A DNA stretch of 61,758 nt, filler included, from Bonamia ostreae (lineage: Eukaryota): the NCBI GenBank assembly GCA_040357525.1. It is 9 parts of 9 records of this genome, joined end to end, with 100 filler letters (N's around TTAATTAATTAA, not from the genome) between each part and the next. Parts side by side here need not be neighbours in the genome. Positions count along the whole stretch, not along the records: positions 1 to 6,913 come from JBDODL010000103.1; positions 7,014 to 13,816 come from JBDODL010000105.1; 7 more parts are not named here. One strand, 5' to 3'. A program made the position numbers and the translations under genes. Positions within the stretch are counted from its first letter, which is position 1. The number at the start of each line of letters is the position of its first letter. The notes below the pieces were generated by a model. That model saw only the letters and a list, made by a program, of their open reading frames with translations. It was not told the origin of the DNA and made no database searches. Shown piece after piece: positions 1 to 11,507 of the stretch.

Positions 1-1860
1 ATTGCTTTTTTATAATAACCGTTTTGGACATTAACGACAAAACGGCGCTCACTTTCTCAAAATCGATTTTGGTTTTAAGCGAGATCCCAGAAACTCTTTT
101 GTCGCCTTTTAAAAGCTCAACTGCCTCGAAATTGCCCGTCATAATTTTGACTTTCTGTTTCGCTGTTCTATCGCCATGTCTGAAGAGCGTGATGACGCCC
201 AAGAGCATGTCGCCTTTGCGAATGTCCAAAATCCCCTTTAGCTAAATTTTAAATTAAATTGGACTTTGTTGTTTCTGCTCGTCTCCTTCCGAGCTTCGCT
301 TCTGTAACCATAAAACGGATGGCCCATTCGTCTAAAATTGTTGAGAAAATATCCGCGCAGAATGTGAGCGGCGTCGTCGTAATATTTGAGGTTATATTTG
401 ACGAAGCTCATTCCGTTGACGTCGATGACGAACGAACTTTTTTTATCGAATTCAACTTTTTCTCGTCTTCTCTGATGATGTCGAACCCGCAGACGTTTTG
501 CTTGAACACTTTGATGATCTTCCGAGCGATCAGGGCTTCTTCATAAGTGAGAGGACAGAATTCTCTCTTTTCGAAACCTTCCGCGTTTCTTTCGACCACG
601 CCGTCGACGTTGGGCGATTTCCGCATTTCTGTGTAGCAGTAGTCGTCTAGAACGGCGTAGACCTTTATGTCTTTGACGCCTTTTGTTTTTGTGTTTCGTT
701 GCGAAAAAACTGTCGATGAGCCGTTCGTAGATGTAAGTCCCGTCTCGGCGGACTTGGCTCGGACCGGGGTAATATTGGCTGGAGACGTTTTTGATTTTTC
801 GGAAGAGTTTCCTGACGCCTCCTTTGGGTTATGAAGAAGAAACGTCCCATCGCTTTGCTGTAGTAGATGTTGATGTCGTGTCTTCTCGCCGACAGAGGCT
901 TTTCCACGAATGGGCGGTAGATCCTCATGCCGTTAGTTTGTATGTAATCGTCATTTTCCTCGAACTTTAAAGATCGGATTTTGAACGCAGTTCATTTTAA
1001 AGTTTTTAAGTATATTGCAATGAGCTTTGTAATGTCAGTGGAAACTGAAGCAAATAGCTACATGTGATTTTAATGTAATGAACGATTTTAAAGTAATGAA
1101 CGATTTTAAATAATGAACGATTTTAATTAATGAACTATTTNNNNNNNNNNNNNNNNNNNNNNNNNNNNNNNNNNNNNNNNNNNNNNNNNNNNNNNNNNNN
1201 NNNNNNNNNNNNNNNNNNNNNNNNNNNNNNNNNNNNNNNNTAAATAATGAACGATTTTAAATAATGAACGATTTTAAATAATGAACGATTTTAAATAATG
1301 AACGATTTTAAAGTAATGAACGATTTTAAAGTACAAAAAAAGCTGTTATGGCGATGTGATATTAATTTTTTTTACATATGTTAAGACGTTTTAAGTGTCG
1401 TCAAATCTTTAAACTTTGTGCGGGTTAGATTGGTCAGTATGGTCGTACACAAAATTTTCCAGACATGGAATGCCGTTTTTCCTCAAACACTCGTAAATAT
1501 GTCGTCTGTCCTGGATTTTGGCTAAAGTGCTTAAAATGGCAACCTTGCGATTCCAGGTCGTTGAACAAGAACGGTTTTCTGATCCGGACGTATTCTAGAG
1601 CTTTGTCGATCGTAAAGAAATCCAAGTGATAGGGAATGAACACATCGAAAATGGGCCATTCTTCGGCCGGCTGTTTCGTAAATTTAGACTAAAAACAAGT
1701 TTGTCGAGATAAGAACTACGTACTATTTCGGCTTTAAATTCACCGAAAGCTTCTAATCGTTCGACGAGATTTCGAATTTGTTTGTTTCTTTAAAATGAAG
1801 CAAAAACTTTGCTTTTTTGTCGGTTGTTAAGAATCCTATCTTTAAAAACTCGTGCTTCAT
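1..1860 (-). CDS. VIP1: Inositol hexakisphosphate/diphosphoinositol-pentakisphosphate kinase (PPIP5K/VIP1), 5' part; multi-exon, runs off the window start
   Basis: Spliced translation MKHEFLKIGFLTTDKKAK...PAEEWPIFDVFIPY...RKPFLFNDLESQ...RPFVEKPLSARRHDINIYY...DIKVYAV...RKSPNVDGVVERNAEGFEKR...FKQNVCGFDIIR...SFVIDVNGMSFVK matches the ATP-grasp kinase domain. Most introns are 20-31 nt; one is long and repeat-filled. Confidence 0.93.
1076..1331. repeat. Intronic minisatellite of about 17-18 bp (TAATGAACGATTTTAAA)n spanning an assembly gap
   Basis: At least 9 visible copies flanking the 100-N gap, inside a PPIP5K intron. Confidence 0.95.
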
Positions 1861-2097
1861 TTTTAGTCCTGACTAAAAATATTCTTTTTGTTTAATATAC
1901 TGCCATGTAATTTATATACTAAATTTTAGCGATCGGATTAGATCACAATCTGTTCACCATTTTTGCATTAAAACTGCTAAAATGAGATTTATTGGCAAAA
2001 TAAGATTCTGTTTTTTGATATTTAGTAAAAACAAAAAAAATGGTGTCAACATCATTTCTAAATTGATTGTGTGAAATAAGATTTATTAAACTACAAC

Positions 2098-2289
2098 TTA
2101 GCCCTTAGTGCTCTTTCTGTTTATTAAAGACAAATTTTGTGAAAATCGTCGACTGAGAAAATCTTCGGGTTCTTGTCCTTCCTTCATAACTTCGCGTGTA
2201 GACAAACAATACAAAACAATAAAATTCAGAATAAAAAATGCCAGGTATAAACAAATGCCAATTAAAACCTTTTCTGAATCAGAGTCCAT
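2098..2289 (-). CDS. Small single-pass membrane protein, unknown
   Basis: MDSDSEKVLIGICLYLAFFILNFIVLYCLSTREV...; one hydrophobic helix, intact ORF. Confidence 0.5.
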   Translation of the reverse strand: MDSDSEKVLIGICLYLAFFILNFIVLYCLSTREVMKEGQEPEDFLSRRFSQNLSLINRKSTKG

Positions 2290-2681
2290 TTTAGTATAAT
2301 CGTTCAAAAGCAACGTCAATTATTGTTATTAAAATGTGCACTCGGTTTTGTTAAATAGATTGTGTAAAGTCAATTTTTAACTGCATCTTTTCAATACAAA
2401 AATTTTTGATTTTTTGGCGAGGGGGAGTACAGAGTATGCAAAATCTTGTCGTTTCAAAATTTATTATGATTGAATGTGTTTTTCTTAATGGAACAATTTT
2501 TTCTTAATGGAAAATACAGATTTTAATCTCTCCACTTTCCATTTCATCCTTTGCGGGTAGATATGTCGTCCTAGTATTTTAACCATTTTATTGTTTTTTT
2601 AAATGATCGAAAAAGTTTTGTTAAATTGCAAAAAAGATCGAAATTGCTAATTGAAAATTTTTAAAACTCCAAAAAGTAAAA

Positions 2682-4651
2682 ATGTTTATTATTTCGACAT
2701 TTTTATTGTTTGTTACAATAGAAACATCTTACATTCAAAAACTCTTTTCATTGGAATCCCAATTGAGAGCGAAAATCTTGTCGAACAAATCTAACATTCG
2801 ACATTTGCAGTTATCGCATTCTAATCTTTCTTGTTGGAAATCAGTCACTAAGGACTTGGCTGGCTTTAAAAATTGCAGAGACAATGATTATCATTCTCTT
2901 TCACTCTTTGCTTGTTGTCAATTTTTTATTTAAAGATAGGTTGACTAGTTGTCATTTGAAATTGTCTGGGAGGAAAAATCTGAATTGTAATCTAAAAAAT
3001 GACGTGAAAAGATGTTTAAAAAATATGGATGCGCCAACTTTTGACGTTTACACGTCTTTTTTCAGTTCGATTGCTGACATTTGTCTATTTATTCAAGGAA
3101 ATTCTTTTTACGAGGTTTTAACTTTTCGTCACATTTATTAAAAATTTTTTCGTCACAACTTTTATTTTTGGTCGATATTGCATCAAATTTGTTTATACAA
3201 TGAAAGGAGACATTAGGAGCAGTAAATAAATTGTACACTGCAACAAAAGATTCCTCGGAAAACATCTTATCACTTTATAAACAAACTCAAATTATATCAG
3301 AAAAATACAACGAAGCTAGTGAAACAGCATTGAATACGTATAACGACATAAAGAACAGTATGGACCAATTGTTCGAAGAAGAAAAATTGCGTTTTTCGAA
3401 GATTGAAAATTTTTCTGGTAACTATAAATTAATAAAAGAAAGGTACATATCAAGACAAAGAATAGTTTTGCAAAACCAAGAAGACATGATGAGATTTCAC
3501 AGGCAACTTGGAGATGTTGCTGCAAAGATATGGAGAAAAAACACTGAGGTTGCTTTGACGCAAAAAGAAATTGTTTCAAATTTGGGTTTTGTTAAAAAGA
3601 AGCAAAATGAAATGATTGATAGACTTAGCGAATCTTTTAGCGTCCAAGAAAAAGTTGCGGTTAATTTTTATTAAATGTAACAATAGTAAAAGTTTTATCT
3701 TAAAGACTGTAATAACAGCGAAGGTGTGTACTTTAATGAAAACTGTAACATAAAAAGGCCCAACAACTAAAAGCGGAAAATAAAATGAAAAAATTGTCGG
3801 AAACGATAGAATCGACAAAAGAAGAAATAAATTTTCAACTGAAACAGTCTTTAAATCTAAACGAAAAGGTATTGGCTTCTCAAAACACGGCAAAAATTGG
3901 CATGAACGAATTGAATGAGAAACAGCACATCGTCAAGTTTGTATTTTAAAAATAGAAAAATGATCGAATCTGCAACAAATGATTTATTGTTGTTGCACAA
4001 AACTCAGAAAGAAGCATTAGAAAACACAACTAACAATCTGATGTCGAATTTTAAAACCTCGGAAAAGTCTTTAAACACAATGAAGAAGACATTAGAGAAT
4101 GTTTTTATATGCGCATTATAAACAGAATTATTGAATATACACATTAACAAAAAAGATGACAGAAAAAATACAATCAATCTCATTAATGGACAATTTAATT
4201 GTCTCCGAAATAATGGTAGTTCATTCTGTTTTGTATTTTATCGCTTTTACGGTTAAATTTGGTTATTTTTAGACATTTTGTTATTTTGCAACTGGTTTGA
4301 AACAGACGTTCTCAGTGCGTCTCAAACTAATAATGATCGGAATTTCTAATTTTGTTGTTGAAAAGGTTTTTAGAAGCGTTTACGCGAACATTGATGTTCT
4401 AAAGTGGCATAAATTTGTGTTTGTTGTGAGATTTTGCGCGTTGATAGCATCTTTATTACTGTTGTTTCAGTTTTTTTAAATAGAAATAATGAAAAAAATT
4501 TATCAAATTTTCAAAAATTAATTGTAGATCGATTGTGCATTATAAGGATTATGTCAAAGAAAGCTACATTCTTTTAAAAAACAATGTGGTGAAAGAAAAG
4601 GGTGACAGTGTTAGAAGAAACATCATTATTCCATTTTTAAGAAAGAGATAA
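2682..4651 (+). CDS. GEX1: GEX1/KAR5/Brambleberry-family nuclear membrane fusion protein
   Basis: Signal peptide; Cys-rich domain CWKSV...C...FAYRLTSCHLKLSGRKNLNC...RCLKNMDAPTFDVYTSFFSSIADICLFIQ; long coiled coil; three C-terminal TM helices followed by YKDY. Seven GT-AG introns, including 19, 21 and 22 nt. Confidence 0.85.
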
Positions 4652-4714
4652 ATGTCTCATAAAATTTTAAAAACGAAATTAATCAATTATTACAATTTTG
4701 TCAAGAATAATTTA

Positions 4715-4885
4715 TTAACAACACAATTTTCTTCGTTTACAGTTTAATTTTGAATCGTTTTTCGAATTTGTCGTTTTAACATTTTCCGAAAAAATAAAAC
4801 TTAAAACGGCTGTTGCCATTACAGATCCAAACAAAAACAAAAACAAAAACATTCCTATTGTTAATCCTAATGCAAATTTAACCAT
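4715..4885 (-). CDS. Small membrane protein (56 aa) ending in CC, unknown
   Basis: MVKFALGLTIGMFLFLFLFGSVMATAVLSFIFSENV...KRRKLCC*; may have upstream exons. Confidence 0.4.
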   Translation of the reverse strand: MVKFALGLTIGMFLFLFLFGSVMATAVLSFIFSENVKTTNSKNDSKLNCKRRKLCC

Positions 4886-5128
4886 TTTTGTTGTTGAAAT
4901 TTTTTTATAAAAATTTTGTGCATGGCGACTTTACAAAATTGGATAATTTTGATAAAATTTTATCAATATTCTTTTATAATTCGATAATTTCTTCTAAAGA
5001 TTTATCAAAATTAGATAATCTTTTCGTTGCAAATCCAGCAATTTAAAATCCTAAAATTTAAAAAAATTAGCTTTTAATTGCTTAAAATCGGGTTATTTAA
5101 TCTTTTATATGAAAATATTATTAAACAG

Positions 5129-6452
5129 ATGTTCCATAAAACAAAATTATTCTATCGTTTTTCAACAAACAGAAAAAGGACTTTAATGAACATTATAAAC
5201 AAAAAGAATAACGGACTGACAAACAACGCAATAAAAGTTTATTGTACAAAAAAACAATAAAACACAAATTTTACTTAAAACATTTTTTCGAAACAGAAAT
5301 TGCAAATATTAACAAATTTCAAAATATTTTAATTAGTTTTTAAAAGATTCCAAAAATAAAATTATCTCGGTTAATTTCAACTTGCATATCCCTCGCTCAC
5401 CAAGCAGGAAACGAAATAAGAAAAGTACATTCGCAAACGAACTATAAAATAAGAGAAAAGGGCACGCCTCAAAAATCTTCATTCGACGATCCGCAAACCG
5501 AAGCAGATATCAGAGCTCAATATATCATTCAGAATTCTCTCAACATTCTGTACCCCTCTTTGAAAGTAATTGGCGAAGAAGGTTTAACAAAACCTTTTGA
5601 AAAGCCCCCATGTTTTGTTCCCCCGAGAAACGATATTTTCTCTGCGAAAATCGAAGAAGAAATGTCTGTTAAAAATATTGTTGTTTGGGTCGGTTTTTTG
5701 AACTGAGAACAAAATTTTGTAAAATATTGGAATTTCGACTTTTTAGTATTTTTATCGTTTTACAGTTTTTTTTTACCAAAAAACGCGAAAAAGATCCGTT
5801 AGATGGAACAAGCGAATTTATAAAAGGCAATGTGAGCGCAGTGACGGTTTTAATCGGAATCTCTTTTTTCGGAAAACCGATCGCAGGCGTGATTGCTCAA
5901 CCATTCAGTGATTTGAAAAATGGAGAGTTTCTGATGATTTGGGGTGTGAACACTGCGAAACAAAAAATCGTTTCGTCCAATTTTGGAAATGTTGTAGACA
6001 CTCGAAAAAAGGCTAATTTGGACAATTTGTTGATAACAAAATCCCATTTGGACGATGAATATAGGACATATCTGAGAGGACTGGGCAAGCGTGAATTGAT
6101 AAAGATGGGGGGATGTGGAAGCAAAATGATATCTTTGTTGAAAAAGGAAGCTAACGGATACGTTTTTCCTATTCAAGGTACTAAAAAATGGGACACCTGT
6201 GCTCCTCAGGCTATTCTAGAAGCAGCTGGTTTTCCATAATCGAAATAAAATTTTCAACGCTACTGTCTAAAAATGTCTGAATTTTAGTTATTTAGATATC
6301 ATTTGTTTAAAATGTCTGAAAACGTTTTAAAAGGAGGAATATTTACAAAACCGAATGGTGAAAATATTGAGTATTCAGATGAAAATGTAGAAAATGAAGA
6401 AGGGTTTATTGCGACGTTGGATGGAGAGCATGCCCAATTCGTAAAAAAATAA
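5129..6452 (+). CDS. BPNT1: 3'(2'),5'-bisphosphate nucleotidase (inositol monophosphatase family)
   Basis: DDPQTEAD, VIGEE, VWVDPLDGTSEF, GGCGSK and KKWDTCAPQAILEAAGG motifs after removing 3 GT-AG introns. Confidence 0.92.
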
Positions 6453-6632
6453 TTTGTAAAATTTTTGGATAAAAAATTAACTTGAAATTTATTGTGATTT
6501 TACAAGATATATTTTTAACGTCAATATGTCTTGAGTAAATGTAAAAATGTTTTATCGATAGTTCAAATAGCAAAGGCGATTTTTTGTAAAGTTTTTTCAC
6601 TGTTATTGACTCAACAGAACCTTTACTAAAAA

Positions 6633-6714
6633 TACAACCGGCGGGATTCGAACCCGCGATCTCAAAGAGAACACGGACCTAAACCGTGCGCCTTAACCAC
6701 TCGGCCACAGTTGC
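6633..6714 (-). tRNA. tRNA-Leu(TAG)
   Basis: GCAACTG acceptor, CACGG-TT-TAG-GT-CCGTG anticodon arm, long variable arm, GGTTCGAATCC T arm, downstream T-run. Confidence 0.97.
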
Positions 6715-6957
6715 AATTATAAAAATGAAAATTTTTGATTTATAAAATTGTTCATCAGCAATTGTTCGATTTGTCGTCTTAATTTTTAAAAATATTTAAC
6801 AAATCTCGCCATGTCCATATTATGATTCAGTTAATGCCGTTTCCAAAGTTTTGTCGTACAGACAATTTTTATACGAATTTTAGAAGCAAACTCGACAAAA
6901 TATTGGAGACTGANNNNNNNNNNNNNNNNNNNNNNNNNNNNNNNNNNNNNNNNNNNN

Positions 6958-6969
6958 TTAATTAATTAA
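6958..6969. other. Artificial scaffold linker TTAATTAATTAA within N runs (also at 13861, 20763, 27645, 34508, 41346, 48181 and 54997)
   Basis: Identical six-frame-stop 12-mer centred in N blocks roughly every 6.8-6.9 kb; genes are truncated at these points. Confidence 0.97.
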
Positions 6970-7013
6970 NNNNNNNNNNNNNNNNNNNNNNNNNNNNNNN
7001 NNNNNNNNNNNNN

Positions 7014-8060
7014 TTCTCTTAATTGGATTTCATTAAAATTTTTGTTATCCGAAATCCATTTTTCAATTTGCTGTCGGTACCAAATCTGTTTTTTCTGGAG
7101 GGAATCGTTCCCCTTTCGGTCATTTTTATCTTTAAAAAAATCTTTATTTTTATTGTTGTTCGCGACTTTTGTGGTTTCAGTATTTTCTGTGATGCCATTA
7201 CTTTGATGTTTTGTCTCAAAATTTTCGTCAATCTTGACACATTTTTTAGAATTTTTATTGATTTTTAGCAACAAATTCAAATTTTCTCTTTTCAAATTTT
7301 CGCGTTCAAAATGATATTTTCTGCACTGTTTTTCCAAATCATTCGCTTTTTTTACAAGTTGATCAAATTTGTTTGCAAGATTTTTATTTTCAAGTTTCAG
7401 TTTTTTTACCATAATTTCCAAACTTTTGGCACTTTTTAGAGAAATTTTTGACTTATCTCTTTTCGACCGAAAATTGTTTAGAAAATCTTCTATTTTGTCC
7501 AAATCAGAATTATCTTTTGCGCTTAATAAAATTTTTGACAATTTTGATAAAATTTTGTTGTTTTTTGAATGCTTATCGACTTTTTCTCTGGTGAGATTTT
7601 TGTAATTTTTCTTATTTGATCGTTTAATGTCAAACAATTTGGTCAGATAGTTTGTTGCTTTTTTTAAATATTGCTTATTCTCTTTTTTGTTTTTATCTCT
7701 TTTAGAGGATCTTTCAATATTGTTATCTCTTTTAGAGGATCTTTCAATATTGTTATCTCTTTTAGAGGATCTTCCAATATTGTTATTTCTTTTAGAGGAT
7801 CTTCCAATATTGTTATTTCTTTTAGAAGATCTTTCAATATTGTTATTTCTTTTAGACGATTTTTCTTTGTTTTTGGTTCTTTTTGACAATTTTGTATTGC
7901 TTTTAAAAGATGCAAGACTATTAAAATAAGGCTCAGATGAAGAACATTCAAAACTATAGCCGTTTTCATTGTTTTCAACTAATTCTGGGGACGAAATGTT
8001 AAGATCTGTAGTTAACTCATCATCCCAATAAGAGAATTTATCAGAATTGCTTCTAAGCAT
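7014..8060 (-). CDS. Lys/Asn-rich coiled-coil protein, unknown; 3' truncated
   Basis: Open frame of about 349 aa running into the scaffold end, with a heptad-like segment. Confidence 0.7.
7689..7868 (-). repeat. Coding 30-bp tandem repeat (about 6 copies) encoding SSKR(N/D)NNI(E/G)R
   Basis: Repeated unit TTTAGAGGATCTTTCAATATTGTTATCTCT with point variants. Confidence 0.92.
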
Positions 8061-8261
8061 TTTTGTTTTTGACTTAAATTAATTTAGGTCTTTCAAATCA
8101 AATATTTTAAATTTTTATTTAATAATTATCACATTCCGGAGAGTTTACGAAAAATAAGGTCATTTTAAATGCTTTGTTAATTATTTTAAATCCATAAATA
8201 TATTATAATATCTATTTAGCTTTCAAACTATATACAAACTGCTTAAAACAACTGCTAATTA

Positions 8262-10334
8262 ATGGCATACAGTGGCAGTTATAATAGCAGATTTAAACGA
8301 CCCCATTCATATTCGAATAATCGATTTGCACCGAAAAGGCGACAGAACGACGGTTTTGTACTCGAAAAAATCGATTGGCGCAAACTCAAATTGGCTCCAT
8401 TCCAAAAAGACTTTTATTTCGTTTTAAACCATTTTCAAATTTTCAAAAACCACTTTCAACTTTTCGCCCAAAACAAAAAGGAACACCCGGAAGTAACCGA
8501 AAGATCGACAGGAGAAACCCAAAAGATATTAAAAGAAAACGAAATAACGATCTACGGAAACGCCCCCAAACCGATAAACACTTTCAGAGAAAGCGGATTG
8601 CCTCCTTATATTATGAAATCCATCGACAAACTCAAATTCGAACATCCGACTCCGATTCAACGCCAAAGTTGGCCGATTGCCTTGAGCGGTCGCGACATGA
8701 TCGGAATCGCGGCTACTGGTTCCGGAAAAACGCTCGCTTTTTTAGTTCCGTTAATCGTTCACATCAACGCGCAAGTTTTCATTCTCAAATTAAAATTTTA
8801 TTTAAACGAATTTTGTTCAACAATTTTGATTTTTTGGAATTTTTAATTTTCTAATTTTGGTCGACTTTTAAATAAAAAACGGAATTTTTTTCATTCTGTG
8901 AATAAATATAGAAACCGTTGTCAAAAGGAGACGGCCCCTTGGTTGTGATAGTGGCGCCGACAAGAGAATTGGCTACACAGATAATGGGGCAAATACCCAA
9001 TTTTGCCGAATCATCCCGAATACGCTACACCTCTATTTATGGAGGAGTGCCAAAGCACAGCCAAGAAAAACAACTTTCGAGAGGTGTGGAGATCATTGTG
9101 GCCACGCCCGGAAGGCTTCTGGACTTCCTCCAATCGAAAGTAACCAATCTCAAAAGGGTCACTTATCTCGTTTTAGATGAAGCTGATCGTATGCTTGATA
9201 TGGTTTTTGACTAAATTTTTATTGTTTTGTCAAATTTAAAAAAATTTCGTTTAATTTGAAAAGGGATTTGAAAAACCGATTCGCCAAATATTGAGTCAGA
9301 TACGGCCGGAAAGACAGACTTTGTTGTTCAGTGCGACTTGGCCAAAGGAAATTCAAAAATTGGCATCCGAAATTTTAAACAATCCCGTTCATGTAAACAT
9401 TGGAGCTCTTGACATCTCTTCTTGTAAAAATGTCAAACAAGATTTTGAAGTAGTCGAAGAATATAACAAACAGATGAAACTGTTGTTATATTTGCGACAA
9501 GTTTTTTATTAAGAAAGATAATTTTAGCTAATTCCAAAAACTTTTTATTAAAATTGTCATTTTGGTTTTAAAATTTGGTTTAAGAAAAACTAATTTCCTT
9601 TAAAATGTAGTTGCCTCCGAGAGACAAAGTGTTAGTTTTTGTAGCGACAAAAGCAATGTCGAACCAGCTAGCACAAAATCTGAAAACAAACGGATTTTAT
9701 TGCGCTGCTATTAACGGGGATAAAAGACAATCACAAAGAGGTGAAAATTTTTAGATTTTAAATCGCTAATTTTCAAATAAATTATAATGAAAACGCAAAA
9801 AAATTAACTTAAAATTGCAAATTTTCAAATAAATTATAATGAAAACGCAAAAAAATTAATTTAAAAATTGCAAATTTTAAGAATTTATATTATCGAAATT
9901 CAGAAACGGGGAAATTAGCATTTTGATAGGAACTGATGTTGCTTCGAGAGGAATCGACATTAGGGACATTAGAGTTGTAATAAATTTTGATTTCCCAAAC
10001 ACAATCGAAGTTTTATTAACAAAAATCAAAATTTTTTGAAACCTCTCCAAATCTGTAAATTTTAAGAAATCGAGTTAAAATAATTTCAAAAAGGATTATG
10101 TCCACAGAGTGGGAAGAACGGGAAGAGCTGACAAACAAGGCCGTTCATACACACTTTTGACTAGAAAAAACGCGAACAAATCGGGAGATTTGATCCGTCT
10201 CCTCAAAAACGACAAAAAGAAAATTCCTCCGGATATTGAACGACTTTACAGTTGACTTAAATTAAACTTTTAAAATAGACAATTATGGAGTAAACGCGCG
10301 CTCGAATAATAGCCATTACAGAAAATGGAGGTGA
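8262..10334 (+). CDS. DBP2: DEAD-box RNA helicase DBP2/DDX5
   Basis: [47 protein letters not shown] and [11 protein letters not shown] motifs; 7 GT-AG introns. Confidence 0.96.
9771..9878. repeat. Intronic direct duplication of about 55-60 bp
   Basis: TTTCAAATAAATTATAATGAAAACGCAAAAAAATTAA...AAATTGCAAATTTT occurs twice in a DBP2 intron. Confidence 0.85.
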
Positions 10335-10749
10335 AAATTAAAAATTTTGCCAATTTGTTTGATATATCAAATAAAAACTTTTTAAAAATAAATCCATTTT
10401 TCTTATTTCTCGGACTCTAAACAGCTAAACTTTTGTAATATCATTATGATATTAAAGTTTTTACATATATTATCGAAAAATGACAAAAACAGCAAAGTTG
10501 ATCATTTTTCATGTAAATTTTGATTATTGTTGTTAATTTATCATGTAAGACCACCTAATTTTCTCTATCTAATAAAATCCTAAATCGAAAATTCTTTGGG
10601 AAAGCATCGTTTACTAAAACAGAAACGAAATCAAGAAATCCAAGATAGAGATTCTTGATTTTAAGATGGAAAAAAATGACGACTAAAATGCAAATATTCG
10701 ATTAAATGTAAATCCGTAAATAAAATCAAATTTTTGAGCATTTTTAATT

Positions 10750-11039
10750 TTAATACACAACTTGAATGAGGCTTTCGGATGAGCTATAATTTGTACGGGT
10801 ACTAAAATTTTCATTAATTTGACTTAGTTCGTGGTCTTCTTCTATTTCGTTTAAACTTTCTCGTCTTTTGCAAATCATTTCTATTTTTCAAATAAATTTA
10901 AATTTGTTGCTTAGCACTGCAAAACATAAAATCTTTAATTTAAACTTAACAATTTTCTTATGCAAATAATTAAGAGCAGACATAATATCAGAAAGGCAAC
11001 GATGATATCAGGTATATTGTTTTGAATTATATCCCTCAT
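10750..11039 (-). CDS. Small single-pass membrane protein, unknown (2 exons)
   Basis: MRDIIQNNIPDIIVAFLILCLLLIICIRKLL|KMICKRRESLNEIEEDHEL...VVY*. Confidence 0.45.
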
Positions 11040-11507
11040 TCTTTAAAAAATACAACGAACAGTTTTTTAAAATCACAATCATTAATTTTCAGTTAATTTA
11101 TTTTGTTAATTTATTGTTTTTACTATTTCAACCTGTATTTTGTAAACTTATTTTTATAGCAGTCCGTTACATTTTCCTTTGACAATAGTCTTTTATCGTT
11201 TACAAATCGCTTTGTAATTGAAGTTCAAAGAGAATGGAAAAGTTTTGTAAATTAAGATAAATCTAAATTTTTGGGGTCAGTGGCTCAACTCAATACGATA
11301 ATTTTTAATAAAAGCGATTCATTTCTAATAACGGAAAAGCCCTTTTTAGAAAGAGGGGCGTGTAAATAAAATTAAGCATTTTTAGATATTTTCGAAAATT
11401 TTATTGATCAGTTTAACAAACTTTAAATTAACCGAAATAAGAGCTAAAACACAAAAAAATCGTTCTCTGGAAAAAATTTATATAGAAAACCAAAAATTAA
11501 CAAAATA

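Noticed and set aside
1076-1331. CRISPR-like array
   Set aside because: Head-to-tail repeats with no unique spacers, inside a eukaryotic intron.
6913-7013. Regularly spaced TTAATTAATTAA palindromes as a biological repeat
   Set aside because: Always embedded in N runs and genes truncate there; this is a concatenation linker. Gene neighbourhoods across linkers were not interpreted.
9105-9165. Genetic-code reassignment (AGG via the class II CCT tRNA-like gene, or stop-codon readthrough)
   Set aside because: AGG encodes conserved Arg in the DBP2 motifs PGRL and LKRV. Apparent internal stops are explained by tiny introns, and TAA, TAG and TGA all end genes.
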